Shown one piece after another: positions 33,569 through 43,735 of a DNA stretch of 64,000 bases (positions are counted from its first letter, which is position 1; each line of letters begins with the position of its first letter). A program made the translations under genes and the position numbers. The DNA comes from Alphaproteobacteria bacterium (GTDB lineage: Bacteria > Pseudomonadota > Alphaproteobacteria > GCA-2731375). The notes under the pieces were generated by a model that did not search any database, was not told the DNA's origin, and worked only from the letters and a program-made list of their open reading frames with translations. The stretch is from NCBI GenBank assembly GCA_965225945.1, contig CBDDBZ010000039.1, positions 384,001 through 448,000 on the forward strand. Reading direction: 5' to 3'.

Positions 33569-34696
33569 TCATGCCGCCAGCGCCGTCGCCAGAAAGGCCT
33601 CGAACTCGCCCCGATCGACTTCGCGGCTGAGGAAGGCCTCGCCGATGCCACGCGCCAGCACGAAGGCGAGGCGGCCGTCGCGCACCTTCTTGTCCTGGCG
33701 CATGTGCCCGATCAGGCGCGCTAGATCATCGCGGCCGAGGCCGGCGTCCGCCGGCCGCGTCGGCAGCCCCACCGCCCGCAGATGGCCGAGGGCGCGCGTC
33801 GTGTCCTGGCCTGGGCAGTGGCCCAATCGCGTCGAGAAAGCGAAGGCCATCGCCATCCCGATCGCCACCGCCTCGCCGTGCAGCAGGCGGTCGGAGAAGC
33901 CGGTTTCCGCCTCCAGCGCGTGGCCGAAGGTATGGCCGAGGTTCAACAGCGCGCGAAGGCCGCCCTCCCGCTCGTCGGCGCCGACGAAGCCGGCCTTGGC
34001 ACGGCAGCTCGTCTCCACCGCCCGGGCGCGGAGCGCCGCGTCGCCCGCCAGCAGATCGGCGCCGTGGCCCTCCAGCCATTCGAAGAACTCGGAATCGCCC
34101 AGCAGCCCATACTTCACGACCTCCGCGTAGCCGGCCAGGAGTTCGCGCCGGGGCAAGCTCTCCAGCAAGGCGACGTCGGCCAGCACCATGCGTGGTTGGT
34201 GAAAGCCGCCGATCAGGTTCTTGCCCCGCTTGGCGTTGATCGCGGTCTTGCCGCCGACCGCGCTGTCGACCTGGGCCAGCAACGTGGTCGGAATTTGCAC
34301 GAAGTCGATGCCGCGGCGCAGCACGCTCGCGGCGAAGCCGGCGATGTCGCCGATCACTCCACCGCCGAAGGCCACCAAGGCGTCGTCGCGGGCGATTTCC
34401 AACTCGATCAATCGGTCCAACAAGCTCTCGAGCTGGGCGAAGCTCTTGGTCGTCTCGCCCGGCGGCAGCAGGATCGTCTCGGCCTCGACGCCGCCTGCCG
34501 CGAGGCCGGCCAGGAGTGCATCGAGATAGAGCGCGGCGACGCTCTCGTCGGTAACGACGGCGACGCGGCGGTGGCGCAGTACCGGGGCGATCAAGTCGCC
34601 CGCCCGCGCCAACAACCCGGTGCCGATGACGATGTCGTAGGAGCGCTCGGCGAGCTCGACGCGGAGACGGCTGGCCTCGGCGCCCACCTCGCTCAT
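33569..34696 (-). CDS. aroB: 3-dehydroquinate synthase
   Basis: GGGVIGD, PTTLLAQVDSAVGGKT, LNLGHTFGHA. Confidence 0.96.
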   Translation of the reverse strand: MSEVGAEASRLRVELAERSYDIVIGTGLLARAGDLIAPVLRHRRVAVVTDESVAALYLDALLAGLAAGGVEAETILLPPGETTKSFAQLESLLDRLIELEIARDDALVAFGGGVIGDIAGFAASVLRRGIDFVQIPTTLLAQVDSAVGGKTAINAKRGKNLIGGFHQPRMVLADVALLESLPRRELLAGYAEVVKYGLLGDSEFFEWLEGHGADLLAGDAALRARAVETSCRAKAGFVGADEREGGLRALLNLGHTFGHALEAETGFSDRLLHGEAVAIGMAMAFAFSTRLGHCPGQDTTRALGHLRAVGLPTRPADAGLGRDDLARLIGHMRQDKKVRDGRLAFVLARGIGEAFLSREVDRGEFEAFLATALAA

Positions 34697-35265
34697 CGCA
34701 GGTCCACCCGATGGCTCTGGGCGGCGGCGAGCCCGCGTTCGCGCAGGGCTTTGATGACGGCCTCCACCACCTTTTCGTGCGGGCCGTCGGCGCTGTCGAC
34801 GACAACGTCCGCCTCGCCGTAGATCGGGTAACGCTGTTCCATCAAGCGGGCCATTGTCTTCTCCGGGTCGCCCTGCTGCAACAGCGGGCGATCGTGGCGC
34901 CGGCGAACCCGCTTCATCAAGGTCTCCAGATTGGCGCGGAGCCAAACCGAAATTGCGGCGGCGCGTACCGCCTCGCGGGTTCGCGCGCTCATGAAGGCGC
35001 CGCCGCCCGTCGCCACGACCCGTTCCGGGCCTTGCAGCAGGCGAGCGATCACCCGCTCCTCGCCCTGGCGGAACTCGGCCTCGCCGAAGCGCTGGAAGAT
35101 GTCCTCGATGGTGCAGCCGGCGGCGGCCTCTATCTCGTCGTCAGCGTCGACGAAGGGCAAGCCGAGGCGCTGGGCCAGACGTCGGCCGATCGCGCTCTTG
35201 CCGGATCCCATGATGCCGACCAGCACGATCGATCGGTCGATGGAGTCAGGAGGGGAATGGCTCAT
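34693..35265 (-). CDS. aroK: Shikimate kinase
   Basis: GIMGSGKS, ATGGG, RPLL. Confidence 0.95.
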   Translation of the reverse strand: MSHSPPDSIDRSIVLVGIMGSGKSAIGRRLAQRLGLPFVDADDEIEAAAGCTIEDIFQRFGEAEFRQGEERVIARLLQGPERVVATGGGAFMSARTREAVRAAAISVWLRANLETLMKRVRRRHDRPLLQQGDPEKTMARLMEQRYPIYGEADVVVDSADGPHEKVVEAVIKALRERGLAAAQSHRVDLR

Positions 35266-35291
35266 CGGCGGCGGAAGTCGAATGATTCGCT

Positions 35292-35359
35292 ATATTGCGG
35301 CAATGCCACGACGCCAGCCGTTGTCATATTGCGGCAATGCCACGACGCCAGCCGTTGTC
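35292..35359 (+). repeat. 34-bp perfect tandem duplication upstream of aroK
   Basis: ATATTGCGGCAATGCCACGACGCCAGCCGTTGTC x2. Confidence 0.9.
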
Positions 35360-35532
35360 AGGTCGGGTGTCGAGGGATAGACTGCCCAAATTCCGCCATG
35401 ATTTCAATCTATTCGATCAGGTGATCGGCGTTTCGTGACGAGGGCGGCGCGGAAGGGGATAAGCGAGCCGTCGATCGGATGGAATTCCACGGTCGCGCGC
35501 CTCGAAACGGGGGAGACGGCGTCTCGAGGGCG

Positions 35533-35673
35533 ATGAAGAGAATCTGGCTGGCCGCGATTTTGATCATTGTCTTCGCCCTCGCCGGCCTGGCGGTGTTCAT
35601 GACCTTTTGGGACATTCCGCCACCGACGGCTCCGGTCGAGGTGGAGATACCCAATGACCGCTTCCCGAAATAG
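35533..35673 (+). CDS. Small membrane protein
   Basis: One TM segment then WDIPPPTAPVEVEIPNDRF; resembles the small gene often seen upstream of xerD in Alphaproteobacteria. Confidence 0.7.
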   Translation: MKRIWLAAILIIVFALAGLAVFMTFWDIPPPTAPVEVEIPNDRFPK

Positions 35674-35719
35674 AGCTTGGACGGCGGGCTGGGCGGCGCG
35701 CTTGGGCGCGGCGGCGCCG

Positions 35720-37534
35720 ATGGCCGTCGTGCTCGCCCTCGCGCTGAGCGCGATCGCCGCCCAGGTCGCCTCGGCCCAGCAGGGCGAGCGGCGCCTCGGC
35801 GCGCCGGTGCAGCTTCACCCGAACCAACCGCGGGAGGCCGGGCCGCGGACGCCGAGCCGAGCCGAGACGCCGAGAAAGCCCGCCGGCGCCGGCCTGGAGG
35901 CTCGACGCCTGCCCGGTCGCGCCGTCGAGGGGACGCGAGTCCCCGAGGGAATCCATGTCGATCGGTTGCGCGCCGTGGATCCGGCCTCGGTCGGCCTGCT
36001 GGGGGAAGGCGAAGGCGGTCTCGGACCCGACATGTGGGCCGGCAGCCGTCTCGACGTCGTCGTCGCCCTGTTGGCCCGCCTGCCGATGGACGGCAACTCG
36101 CCGGTGACCCACGACCTCGCCCGTCGACTGTTGTTGACCAGCGCGCGCGTGCCCAAGGGGCCGAAATCCGACGCTCCGAGCCTGCTGACGGTCCGCCTGG
36201 ATCGGCTGGCCGCCGCCGGGCGAGCGGAAGAGATCGCCGCACTGCTGCGCCGCGCGCCCCAGGCGTTGGCGGCGCCCGCGCTGAACCGGGCGCGCCTCGA
36301 CGGCCTGTGGCTCGGCGGCGATCACGACGGCGCTTGCACCCTCGCGCTCGCCATGGTCGAGCGCTCCAACGCGCCGATCTGGTTGAAGTCGGCGGCGTTT
36401 TGCCACGCGCTCGCCGGCGACGTCGACCGCGTCGCCCTCTATGAGGAGCTGCTGCTGGAGACGGAACACCAGGACGAGGCCTTCCATGCCCTGCTCGGCG
36501 CCGCGAGCGGGCGGGGCGGAAAGCCGCTCGCCAGCCTGCCGGCGCCGGAGCCGCTGCACGTGGCGATGCTCCGCGCCAACAACTGGCCGGTGCCGGTGGA
36601 CGCCATGGCCGGCGCGTCGCCGAGCGTCGCCCGTCATCTGGTCGATAGCGAGAACGTGCCGGAGGGGTTGCGCCTCGAGGCGGCGGAACGGGCCGCCGAG
36701 AGCCGGGTGCTGCCGATCTCGCGCCTGCGCGAGCTGTACGCATTGGCCGAGTTCGGCGCGGTCGAACGGCGCGATGCGGCCGCTTGGGCACGAAAAAACC
36801 CGGGCGCCCGCGCCGACGCGCTGCTCTATCAGACCGCGCGGGCCAGAAAGCGGCCGATCGACCGGGCCGAAATGCTGGCCGCCGCGCTGGCCGCGGCACG
36901 GGCGGCGGACCGCTACATCGTCGTCGCCCGCGCCAACAAGACCGCGCTCGAGACGCTCCGACCGGTGCCGGGGCTGCTCGGCTTCACGGCGGAAGCCGGC
37001 CGGGCGTTGCTCGCCTGTGGCGAGCCGGAACTGGCGCTCCAATGGTATCGGATGGTCGAGCGAGGCGGCGACGCCGAGCGCGAGGCGGCGTGGCGGGCGC
37101 TCTGGCCGCTGCTGCTGGTCGCCGACGCGCGGGCGCGACTGCCGCTGGATCCCGCGCGCTTCAAAGCCTGGTGGCGCGATTCCTCGAAAGCGTCGACGCC
37201 TGAACATGCGCGCCGGGCCGGTCTGCTCTTGACGGTGCTGGAAGCATTGGGGCACACCGTGCCCGAGGAGACGTGGTCGCTGCTCTACGCCCGGGCGGGA
37301 CGGACGGCGGAGGCGACCTCCTCGCCGGCCCTGCTTAGGGGGTTGGCGCGCGCGGCCGAGTCCGGACGCCGGGGCGAGACGGTACTGCTCGCGCTGCTGA
37401 GCCTGGGCCGGGCCGGGCCAGGCGGCGCCAGTGCGACGACGCTCGCGGCGGTGATCCGGGCGCTCGGACGACTGGGCTTCGAGGCCGAGGCGCGCGCCGT
37501 CGCCCTGGAGGCGATGCTGGCGCAAGAATTTTGA
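35720..37534 (+). CDS. Exported helical hypothetical protein
   Basis: Signal peptide, GGLGPDMWAGS; co-oriented with xerD; start uncertain. Confidence 0.7.
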   Translation: MAVVLALALSAIAAQVASAQQGERRLGAPVQLHPNQPREAGPRTPSRAETPRKPAGAGLEARRLPGRAVEGTRVPEGIHVDRLRAVDPASVGLLGEGEGGLGPDMWAGSRLDVVVALLARLPMDGNSPVTHDLARRLLLTSARVPKGPKSDAPSLLTVRLDRLAAAGRAEEIAALLRRAPQALAAPALNRARLDGLWLGGDHDGACTLALAMVERSNAPIWLKSAAFCHALAGDVDRVALYEELLLETEHQDEAFHALLGAASGRGGKPLASLPAPEPLHVAMLRANNWPVPVDAMAGASPSVARHLVDSENVPEGLRLEAAERAAESRVLPISRLRELYALAEFGAVERRDAAAWARKNPGARADALLYQTARARKRPIDRAEMLAAALAAARAADRYIVVARANKTALETLRPVPGLLGFTAEAGRALLACGEPELALQWYRMVERGGDAEREAAWRALWPLLLVADARARLPLDPARFKAWWRDSSKASTPEHARRAGLLLTVLEALGHTVPEETWSLLYARAGRTAEATSSPALLRGLARAAESGRRGETVLLALLSLGRAGPGGASATTLAAVIRALGRLGFEAEARAVALEAMLAQEF

Positions 37535-37562
37535 GCCCGACGGCTCGGAGGTAAAAATTGCG

Positions 37563-38462
37563 ATGAGCCCGAGCGCGGAAGGTTGGATCGAGGCGTTCCT
37601 GGAGATGCTGGCGGCCGAGCGCGGCGCGGCGGTCAACACCATACTCGCCTATAGCCGCGACCTCGCCGATTTCACTGGCCATCTCGGGGGCGATATCACG
37701 CGAGCCGAGAAAGAGGATATTCGCGCCTATCTCGCCAAGCTCCGGGAGAGCGGCAAGGCGACCTCGACGGCGGCGAGACGGCTCTCGGCGCTGCGCCAGT
37801 TCTATCGCTTCCTGCATGGCGAGGGCGCGAGAGTCGACGATCCCACGGCGGGGATCGACGGCCCCAAGCGCGGCCGGCCGTTGCCCAAGATCCTGAGCGT
37901 GCAAGAGGTCGAGCGCCTGCTGGAGGCGGCGCGCGACTATCCCGGACCCGAGGGCGTGCGCTTCGTGGCGCTGATGGAGATCCTCTACGCCACCGGCCTC
38001 AGGGTGAGCGAACTGGTCTCGCTGCCCTATCCGGCGGCGACGCCCGAGCGGCCCTTCCTGGTGATCCGAGGCAAGGGCGGGCGCGAGCGGATGGTCCCGT
38101 TGAGCGAGCCGGCCAAGGCCGCGCTCGAGGTCTACGAGGGCGTGCGGAATCGCTTTATGAAACGCCTTGCCGACGCTAAGTGGCTATTCCCCTCCCGGTC
38201 CAAGGGCGGTCACTTGACGCGTCAGCGCTTCGCCCAGTTGATTGGCGAGTTGGCGCTGCGCGCCGGCGTCGACCGGCGCCGGGTTTCGCCCCACGGCCTC
38301 AGGCATGCCTTCGCCAGCCACCTGCTGGCGGGCGGCGCCGATCTCCGCTCGCTGCAGCAGATGCTGGGCCATGCCGACATCTCGACGACGCAGATCTACA
38401 CCCATGTCCTGGAGGAGCGCTTGCGCGCGCTCGTCGAGGAACACCACCCACTCGCCCGCTAG
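37563..38462 (+). CDS. xerD: Tyrosine recombinase XerD
   Basis: YATGLRVSELV, GKGGRER, HGLRHAFASHLL, LGHADISTTQIY. Confidence 0.93.
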   Translation: MSPSAEGWIEAFLEMLAAERGAAVNTILAYSRDLADFTGHLGGDITRAEKEDIRAYLAKLRESGKATSTAARRLSALRQFYRFLHGEGARVDDPTAGIDGPKRGRPLPKILSVQEVERLLEAARDYPGPEGVRFVALMEILYATGLRVSELVSLPYPAATPERPFLVIRGKGGRERMVPLSEPAKAALEVYEGVRNRFMKRLADAKWLFPSRSKGGHLTRQRFAQLIGELALRAGVDRRRVSPHGLRHAFASHLLAGGADLRSLQQMLGHADISTTQIYTHVLEERLRALVEEHHPLAR

Positions 38463-38512
38463 AAGGGCGCCGCCCCGCCGCGCGCTTCGCCCCCGAGTCG
38501 CCCGGAGCCATC

Positions 38513-39334
38513 ATGCCCCTCGATATCGCGCCCGCGGTTCTGAGCTATCCCGAGATCGATCCCGTGCTGATCTGGATCGGGCCGATCGCGATCCGCTGGT
38601 ACGCGCTCGCCTATGCGGCGGGACTGTTCCTCGGCTGGCGCTACGTGCTGGAGCTGAACCGGCGCCGCGCGCGCGTGACGGACGATCGCGGCGTCGACGA
38701 CCTGCTGCTGTGGATGACGCTGGGCGTGGTGGCGGGCGGGCGGCTCGGCTATGTGGCGTTCTACAAGCCGGGTTACTATCTCGACAATCCACTCGAAGCG
38801 ATCCAAGTCTGGCAGGGTGGCATGTCGTTCCACGGCGGCCTCTTGGGCGTCGCCGTGGCCCTCTGGCTGTTCGCCCGGCGGCGCCGGATCGCGCCGCTTC
38901 GGCTGGCCGATCTGGTCATGCCGGCGGTGCCGATCGGGCTCTTCTTCGGACGTCTGGCCAATTTCATCAACGGCGAACTGCACGGCCGGGCGAGCGACCT
39001 GCCCTGGGCCATGGTGTTTCCCCAGGGCGGACCGGTGCCGCGCCATCCGAGCCAGCTCTACGAGGCGGCGTTGGAGGGCCTGCTGCTCTTTCTCCTGCTC
39101 TCCTGGCTGGCCTGGCGCACCAGGCTATTTGAACGCCCCGGCCTGGCGACGGGTATTTTCCTGATCGGCTATGCGCTCGGCAGGACCGTCGTCGAGCTGG
39201 CACGCGAGCCGGACGCCCATCTCGGCCTGCTGCTCGCCGGCACGACGATGGGGCAGTTACTGTCGCTGCCGATGCTGCTCGCCGGTCTCTGGCTGGTGTG
39301 GCATGCCCGGCGCGGCGGCGCGGCGACGCCGTGA
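38513..39334 (+). CDS. lgt: Prolipoprotein diacylglyceryl transferase
   Basis: GGMSFHGG, GRLANFINGEL, RHPSQLYE. Confidence 0.96.
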   Translation: MPLDIAPAVLSYPEIDPVLIWIGPIAIRWYALAYAAGLFLGWRYVLELNRRRARVTDDRGVDDLLLWMTLGVVAGGRLGYVAFYKPGYYLDNPLEAIQVWQGGMSFHGGLLGVAVALWLFARRRRIAPLRLADLVMPAVPIGLFFGRLANFINGELHGRASDLPWAMVFPQGGPVPRHPSQLYEAALEGLLLFLLLSWLAWRTRLFERPGLATGIFLIGYALGRTVVELAREPDAHLGLLLAGTTMGQLLSLPMLLAGLWLVWHARRGGAATP

Positions 39335-40416
39335 GTGGTGCCGCGGAAAGCCTGCGTCGACTGATCGCCCATCAGGGGCCGATCCCCGTCTCCCGCTTCA
39401 TGGCGGAAGCGATGGCGCATCCCGAGCACGGCTATTACGTCAGGGGGGAGCCGATCGGCGCGCTGGGCGATTTCGTCACCGCGCCCGAGATTTCACAGAT
39501 GTTCGGCGAGCTGATCGGCCTCTGGCTGGTGGACGTCTGGCGCCGCGCCGGGGCGCCGGCGCCGGTCCGCCTGGTCGAGCTGGGCCCGGGGCGGGGCACG
39601 CTGCTGGCGGACGCGCTTCGCGCCGCGCGGGTCGCGCCGGACTTCGCCGCCGCGATTCGGCTGCATCTGGTGGAGATCAACCGAAGCCTCAGGGAGCTGC
39701 AGGCGCGCGTGCTGGCGGCCCACCGGCCGCGCTGGCACGCGCGCCTCGAGGAGGTGCCGGCGGGCCCCATCCTGCTGGTCGCCAACGAATTTCTCGACGC
39801 ACTTCCGGTGCGCCAGTTCCAGCGCGGTGCCAGGGGTTGGCACGAACGCATGGTGGTGGCGAGCGAGGACGGGTTCGAATTTCGCCTCTCGCCGGAAAGC
39901 GTGCCGCCGAGCCTGGCGCCCGCCGCCTTCGAGGCGACGGAGGAGGGCGCGATCGTCGAGCGCGGACCGGCGCGCGACGCGCTGGTGGCCGAGCTCGCCG
40001 GCCGGATCGCGGAGGCCGGCGGCGGCGCCCTGCTGATCGACTATGGCCCCGAGACGGGGCCACCCGGCGACACGCTCAGAGCGGTGAAGGCGCACCGGCC
40101 GCAGGCGGTGTTGGGTGAGGTTGGCGCCGCGGACCTGAGCGCCGACGTGGATTTCCACGCCCTGGCGGCGGCGGCGCGGGCGGCCGGCGCGGCGGCACAT
40201 GGACCGGTGAGGCAGGGCGACTTGCTGCGGGCGCTGGGAATCGAGGCGCGGGCGGCGCGGCTCGCCGCCGCTTCCGACGGGCAAGGTGCTGCGGGGATCG
40301 CCGAGGCGCGAGATCGGCTTTGCGAACCTGGGGGCATGGGGCGGCGCTTCAAGGCGCTGGCGATCACCGCCGCCGACGGCCCGGTCCCCGCCGGTTTCGA
40401 GGCCAGGGCGAAATGA
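39331..40416 (+). CDS. MidA/NDUFAF7-like SAM-dependent methyltransferase
   Basis: GDFVTAPEISQMFGE, ELGPGRG, ANEFLDALP. Confidence 0.92.
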   Translation: MSGAAESLRRLIAHQGPIPVSRFMAEAMAHPEHGYYVRGEPIGALGDFVTAPEISQMFGELIGLWLVDVWRRAGAPAPVRLVELGPGRGTLLADALRAARVAPDFAAAIRLHLVEINRSLRELQARVLAAHRPRWHARLEEVPAGPILLVANEFLDALPVRQFQRGARGWHERMVVASEDGFEFRLSPESVPPSLAPAAFEATEEGAIVERGPARDALVAELAGRIAEAGGGALLIDYGPETGPPGDTLRAVKAHRPQAVLGEVGAADLSADVDFHALAAAARAAGAAAHGPVRQGDLLRALGIEARAARLAAASDGQGAAGIAEARDRLCEPGGMGRRFKALAITAADGPVPAGFEARAK

Positions 40417-41204
40417 CGCCGAGCCCCCTCCAGGCCCCCGGCCTCGCTGCCCTGGACGGCATCCGTCACGGCTTCTTCACCCGTCGCGGCGGGGTCAGCC
40501 GGGCACTCTATGCCGACCTCAATTGCGGCTTCGGTTCGGGTGACGATCCGGGCGCGGTTGATGAGAACCGCCGCCGGGTTGCGCGGGCGATCGGCGCCGA
40601 GGTCGCACTCGACACGGTGCACCAAGTGCACGGCACGAAGGTGGCGCGGGCGGTGGGACCCTGGCCCGGGGGCGGCTCGCCCCGGGCCGACGCCATGGTC
40701 TCCACCACGCCCGGCGTGGCCCTCGGCGTTCTAGCGGCCGACTGCGCGCCGATCCTTCTCGCCGATCCCGCCGCCGGCGTCGTCGGCGCCGTGCACGCCG
40801 GCTGGAAGGGCGCGCTCGCCGGCGTCACCGACGCGACGCTTCGGGCGATGGTCGCCCTTCTCGCCCGGCCCGAGCGCATCCGCGCCGCCGTCGGCCCTTG
40901 CATCGCCCAGGCGAGCTACGAGGTCGGGCCGGAACTCCGCGCGCAATTCCTCGACCACTCGCCCGACAACCGGCACTTCTTCCACGCCGGGCAACGCGAC
41001 GGCCACCACCATTTCGACCTTCCGGGCTACCTCGAGCATCGGCTTCGCCGGGCCGGCGTCGGCGCGGTCGAACGGCTGGACCGCGATAGCTACGCCGAAC
41101 CGGAGGACTTCTACAGCTATCGCCGGGCGACGCATCGGGGCGAGGCGGACTATGGTCGCGCCATTTCGGTAATCATGCTGGCTGGCGAGGGGCAGGGCGC
41201 CTAG
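40413..41204 (+). CDS. pgeF: PgeF/YfiH family protein
   Basis: HGFFTRRGGVS, HQVHG, ADCAP, HAGW, FYSYRR. Confidence 0.93.
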   Translation: MTPSPLQAPGLAALDGIRHGFFTRRGGVSRALYADLNCGFGSGDDPGAVDENRRRVARAIGAEVALDTVHQVHGTKVARAVGPWPGGGSPRADAMVSTTPGVALGVLAADCAPILLADPAAGVVGAVHAGWKGALAGVTDATLRAMVALLARPERIRAAVGPCIAQASYEVGPELRAQFLDHSPDNRHFFHAGQRDGHHHFDLPGYLEHRLRRAGVGAVERLDRDSYAEPEDFYSYRRATHRGEADYGRAISVIMLAGEGQGA

Positions 41205-41270
41205 ATGCCCTACATGATCATCTTCACGGTGCTGCTTCTGGTCGGGCTTCTCGCCACTTGTTTTTTCTGA
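41205..41270 (+). CDS. Putative 21-aa membrane microprotein
   Basis: MPYMIIFTVLLLVGLLATCFF*; ATG directly after the pgeF stop; host-like codons. Confidence 0.4.
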   Translation: MPYMIIFTVLLLVGLLATCFF

Positions 41271-41359
41271 CGAACCGGCGCCGGCGGTTTGCCGCGACGC
41301 CGATGAGCCCCCTATGCTCCCCATGGTCCGAGGTAATTCCCCGAGAGGAGAGAGCGAGC

Positions 41360-42874
41360 ATGAGCGAGGCGAGCCAGACGGAGAAGCTCTCGGTGGTGAT
41401 CATCGGCGCCGGGCCGGCCGGCCTGACCGTCGCCCATGAGCTCACGCTGCACGGCCACGAGGTGGTGGTGCTGGAACGCGATGCCGTCTATGTCGGCGGG
41501 ATCGCCAAGACCGTGCGCTACAACGGCTATCGCTTCGACATCGGCGGCCACCGCTTCTTCTCGAAGGCCCAGGAGGTGGAGGATTTCTGGCGCCGGATCC
41601 TGCCCGACGACTTTCTCGATCGGCCGCGCAAGTCGCGAATCTTTTACAAGGGCCAGCTCTTCAGCTATCCCCTGAAGCCGATGGACGCGCTGACCAAGCT
41701 CGGCCTTTTCGAATCGATCCATTGCGTGGCGTCTTACGCCCTGGTTCGTCTGCGCCCGATCCCCGAGCCGCGCAACTTCGAGGAATGGGTCATCAACCAG
41801 TTCGGCAGGCGGCTCTTTTCGATCTTCTTCAAGACCTACACGGAGAAGGTCTGGGGCATGAAATGCACCGAGATCTCCGCCGACTGGGCGGCCCAGCGGA
41901 TCAAGGGCCTGTCCATGAGCAAGGCGATTTTGAACGCGATTTACAGCCCCAAGCCCAAGGATCGCGGCGCCGTCATCAAGACCCTGATCGACAGCTTCCG
42001 CTATCCGCGCCGCGGCCCCGGCATGATGTGGGAGCGGGCGACCGAGTTGGTCGAGGCGCGGGGCGGCCGCGTGGTGATGGACCGGACGGTAACGGCCGTG
42101 GCCCTGGATCGGATAAGCGGCAAGTGGCGCGTCGAGGCCCGGGACGGGGCAGGCCACACCGACGCCTATGAGGCCGACCATGTGATCAGCTCCATGGCGA
42201 TGCGCGAGCTCGTGGCAGCACTTCTGCCGGCGCCGGAGGCCGCCATGCGCGCGGCGGCCGAGCGGCTGAAGTACCGCGACTTCCTGGTCGTGGCCCTGAT
42301 CATCACCGAGCGCGAGCAGTTCGACGACAACTGGATCTACATCCACGAACCGCACGTCAAGGTCGGCCGGATCCAGAATTTCAAGTCCTGGTCGCCCGAG
42401 ATGGTGCCGGAAGCGGGGCGCAACTGCTACGGCCTGGAGTATTTCTGCTTCGCCGGCGACAGCCTTTGGGAATCGAGCGACGAGGCGCTGATCCGCCTGG
42501 CGAGCGACGAAATCGTGACCCTCGGTCTGGTCCGCCCGGAGGACATCCTGGACGGCCACGTGGTACGCCAGGAAAAGGCCTATCCGGTCTACGACCAGGA
42601 CTACCAGAAGAACGTCGACGTCGTCCGCGAGGGAATCGAGCGGGACTATCCCAAGCTCCACCTGGTCGGCCGCAACGGCATGCACAAATACAACAACCAG
42701 GACCACGCCATCATGACGGCGATGCTGACGGTGGAGAACATCCTGGCCGGCGAGTCGCGCTACGACGTCTGGCGGGTCAACCAGGACGCCGAATACCACG
42801 AGGCGGGCGAAGCCGGCGCGGAGCGCGCGCTCGGCGCCAGCGGCGAACGCATGGTGCCGCGCCGGGTCTCGTAG
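41360..42874 (+). CDS. FAD-dependent oxidoreductase (HemY / UDP-galactopyranose mutase-like)
   Basis: IIGAGPAGL, FDIGGHRFFSK, GRNGMHKYNNQDH. Confidence 0.85.
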   Translation: MSEASQTEKLSVVIIGAGPAGLTVAHELTLHGHEVVVLERDAVYVGGIAKTVRYNGYRFDIGGHRFFSKAQEVEDFWRRILPDDFLDRPRKSRIFYKGQLFSYPLKPMDALTKLGLFESIHCVASYALVRLRPIPEPRNFEEWVINQFGRRLFSIFFKTYTEKVWGMKCTEISADWAAQRIKGLSMSKAILNAIYSPKPKDRGAVIKTLIDSFRYPRRGPGMMWERATELVEARGGRVVMDRTVTAVALDRISGKWRVEARDGAGHTDAYEADHVISSMAMRELVAALLPAPEAAMRAAAERLKYRDFLVVALIITEREQFDDNWIYIHEPHVKVGRIQNFKSWSPEMVPEAGRNCYGLEYFCFAGDSLWESSDEALIRLASDEIVTLGLVRPEDILDGHVVRQEKAYPVYDQDYQKNVDVVREGIERDYPKLHLVGRNGMHKYNNQDHAIMTAMLTVENILAGESRYDVWRVNQDAEYHEAGEAGAERALGASGERMVPRRVS

Positions 42875-42882
42875 GCGAGCCG

Positions 42883-43713
42883 TCAGTCTCGCTTTAGGGC
42901 GGCGTTCAGGGCGGTTCCGACGACGATCATCTGCTGAATGGCACCGGAGGCGAAGCGAGCCAACGCCGGCGCCACGATCTCCGCTACCCGCGCGGGTGGC
43001 GGGCTCGGTCGGAGGTCGCCCGACAAGCGGCTCGCCTTCCCCCGGGCTACCGTCTCGAGCGATCGCGCCGCGGCCGCCAGTCGGCCGTCCGTCGCGACGG
43101 GTGCCAGGCGCTGGTCCACCAGTGCCGGCAACCCCGGCCAGCAGGCGAAATGCAGGTAGAGGCTGGGCACCGCCCCGGTCGGGAATTCGCGATGATGTTC
43201 GGCGAGACGGCTGACGACGGCGGCAAGCGCCGGCTCCAGCGCCGCGAGGCGCGGCAGCGGTGGCAACGGTGGCAACGCGGGCGGATTTCCCAACTCGACC
43301 ATCTCATCGCTCGCCGGGGTGACCGACGGCTCGTGGAGTCGATGCAGAAGGCTGGAGAAGCCGACGAGGTTGAACGAATTGCCCCGGTTGTAGACGGCGA
43401 GCAGATTCGCGAACGCCGTTCTATCCCCTTCGTCGAGCCCAATGGCTGCCAGTTCTTTCACGCCGATCGGCGCCAGGGCGAGGTCATCCGAGGCTTCCCG
43501 AAGCCGCGCCGCCGCGCCCGCCACGGCGCCCGAGCGATAGTGTGGTCCCAGCACGTCCCAGACCCAAGGCAAGACCTCGGGCAGCGCCGCGAAGTGGCGC
43601 CAGCCCAGGTTGACCAGCGGCAGCCCAGTCGCCGACCGTATCTCACGATAGATCGCCGCGACGTCCGCCGGTGCGTCCGCCTCGCGAATTTCGGGCATCG
43701 GGCGCGCGGTCAT
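42883..43713 (-). CDS. Hypothetical protein, possibly DehI-like fold
   Basis: EIREADAPADVAAIYREIR..VNLGWRHFA; the second half echoes the first (VPSLYLHFACWP). Confidence 0.55.
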   Translation of the reverse strand: MTARPMPEIREADAPADVAAIYREIRSATGLPLVNLGWRHFAALPEVLPWVWDVLGPHYRSGAVAGAAARLREASDDLALAPIGVKELAAIGLDEGDRTAFANLLAVYNRGNSFNLVGFSSLLHRLHEPSVTPASDEMVELGNPPALPPLPPLPRLAALEPALAAVVSRLAEHHREFPTGAVPSLYLHFACWPGLPALVDQRLAPVATDGRLAAAARSLETVARGKASRLSGDLRPSPPPARVAEIVAPALARFASGAIQQMIVVGTALNAALKRD

Positions 43714-43735
43714 GACTCCAGGCCCGCCACCGGAC

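Noticed and set aside
35292-35359. CRISPR array
   Set aside because: Two adjacent units, no spacer, no cas genes
37563-38462. Island or phage integrase
   Set aside because: Typical chromosomal XerD in a housekeeping context
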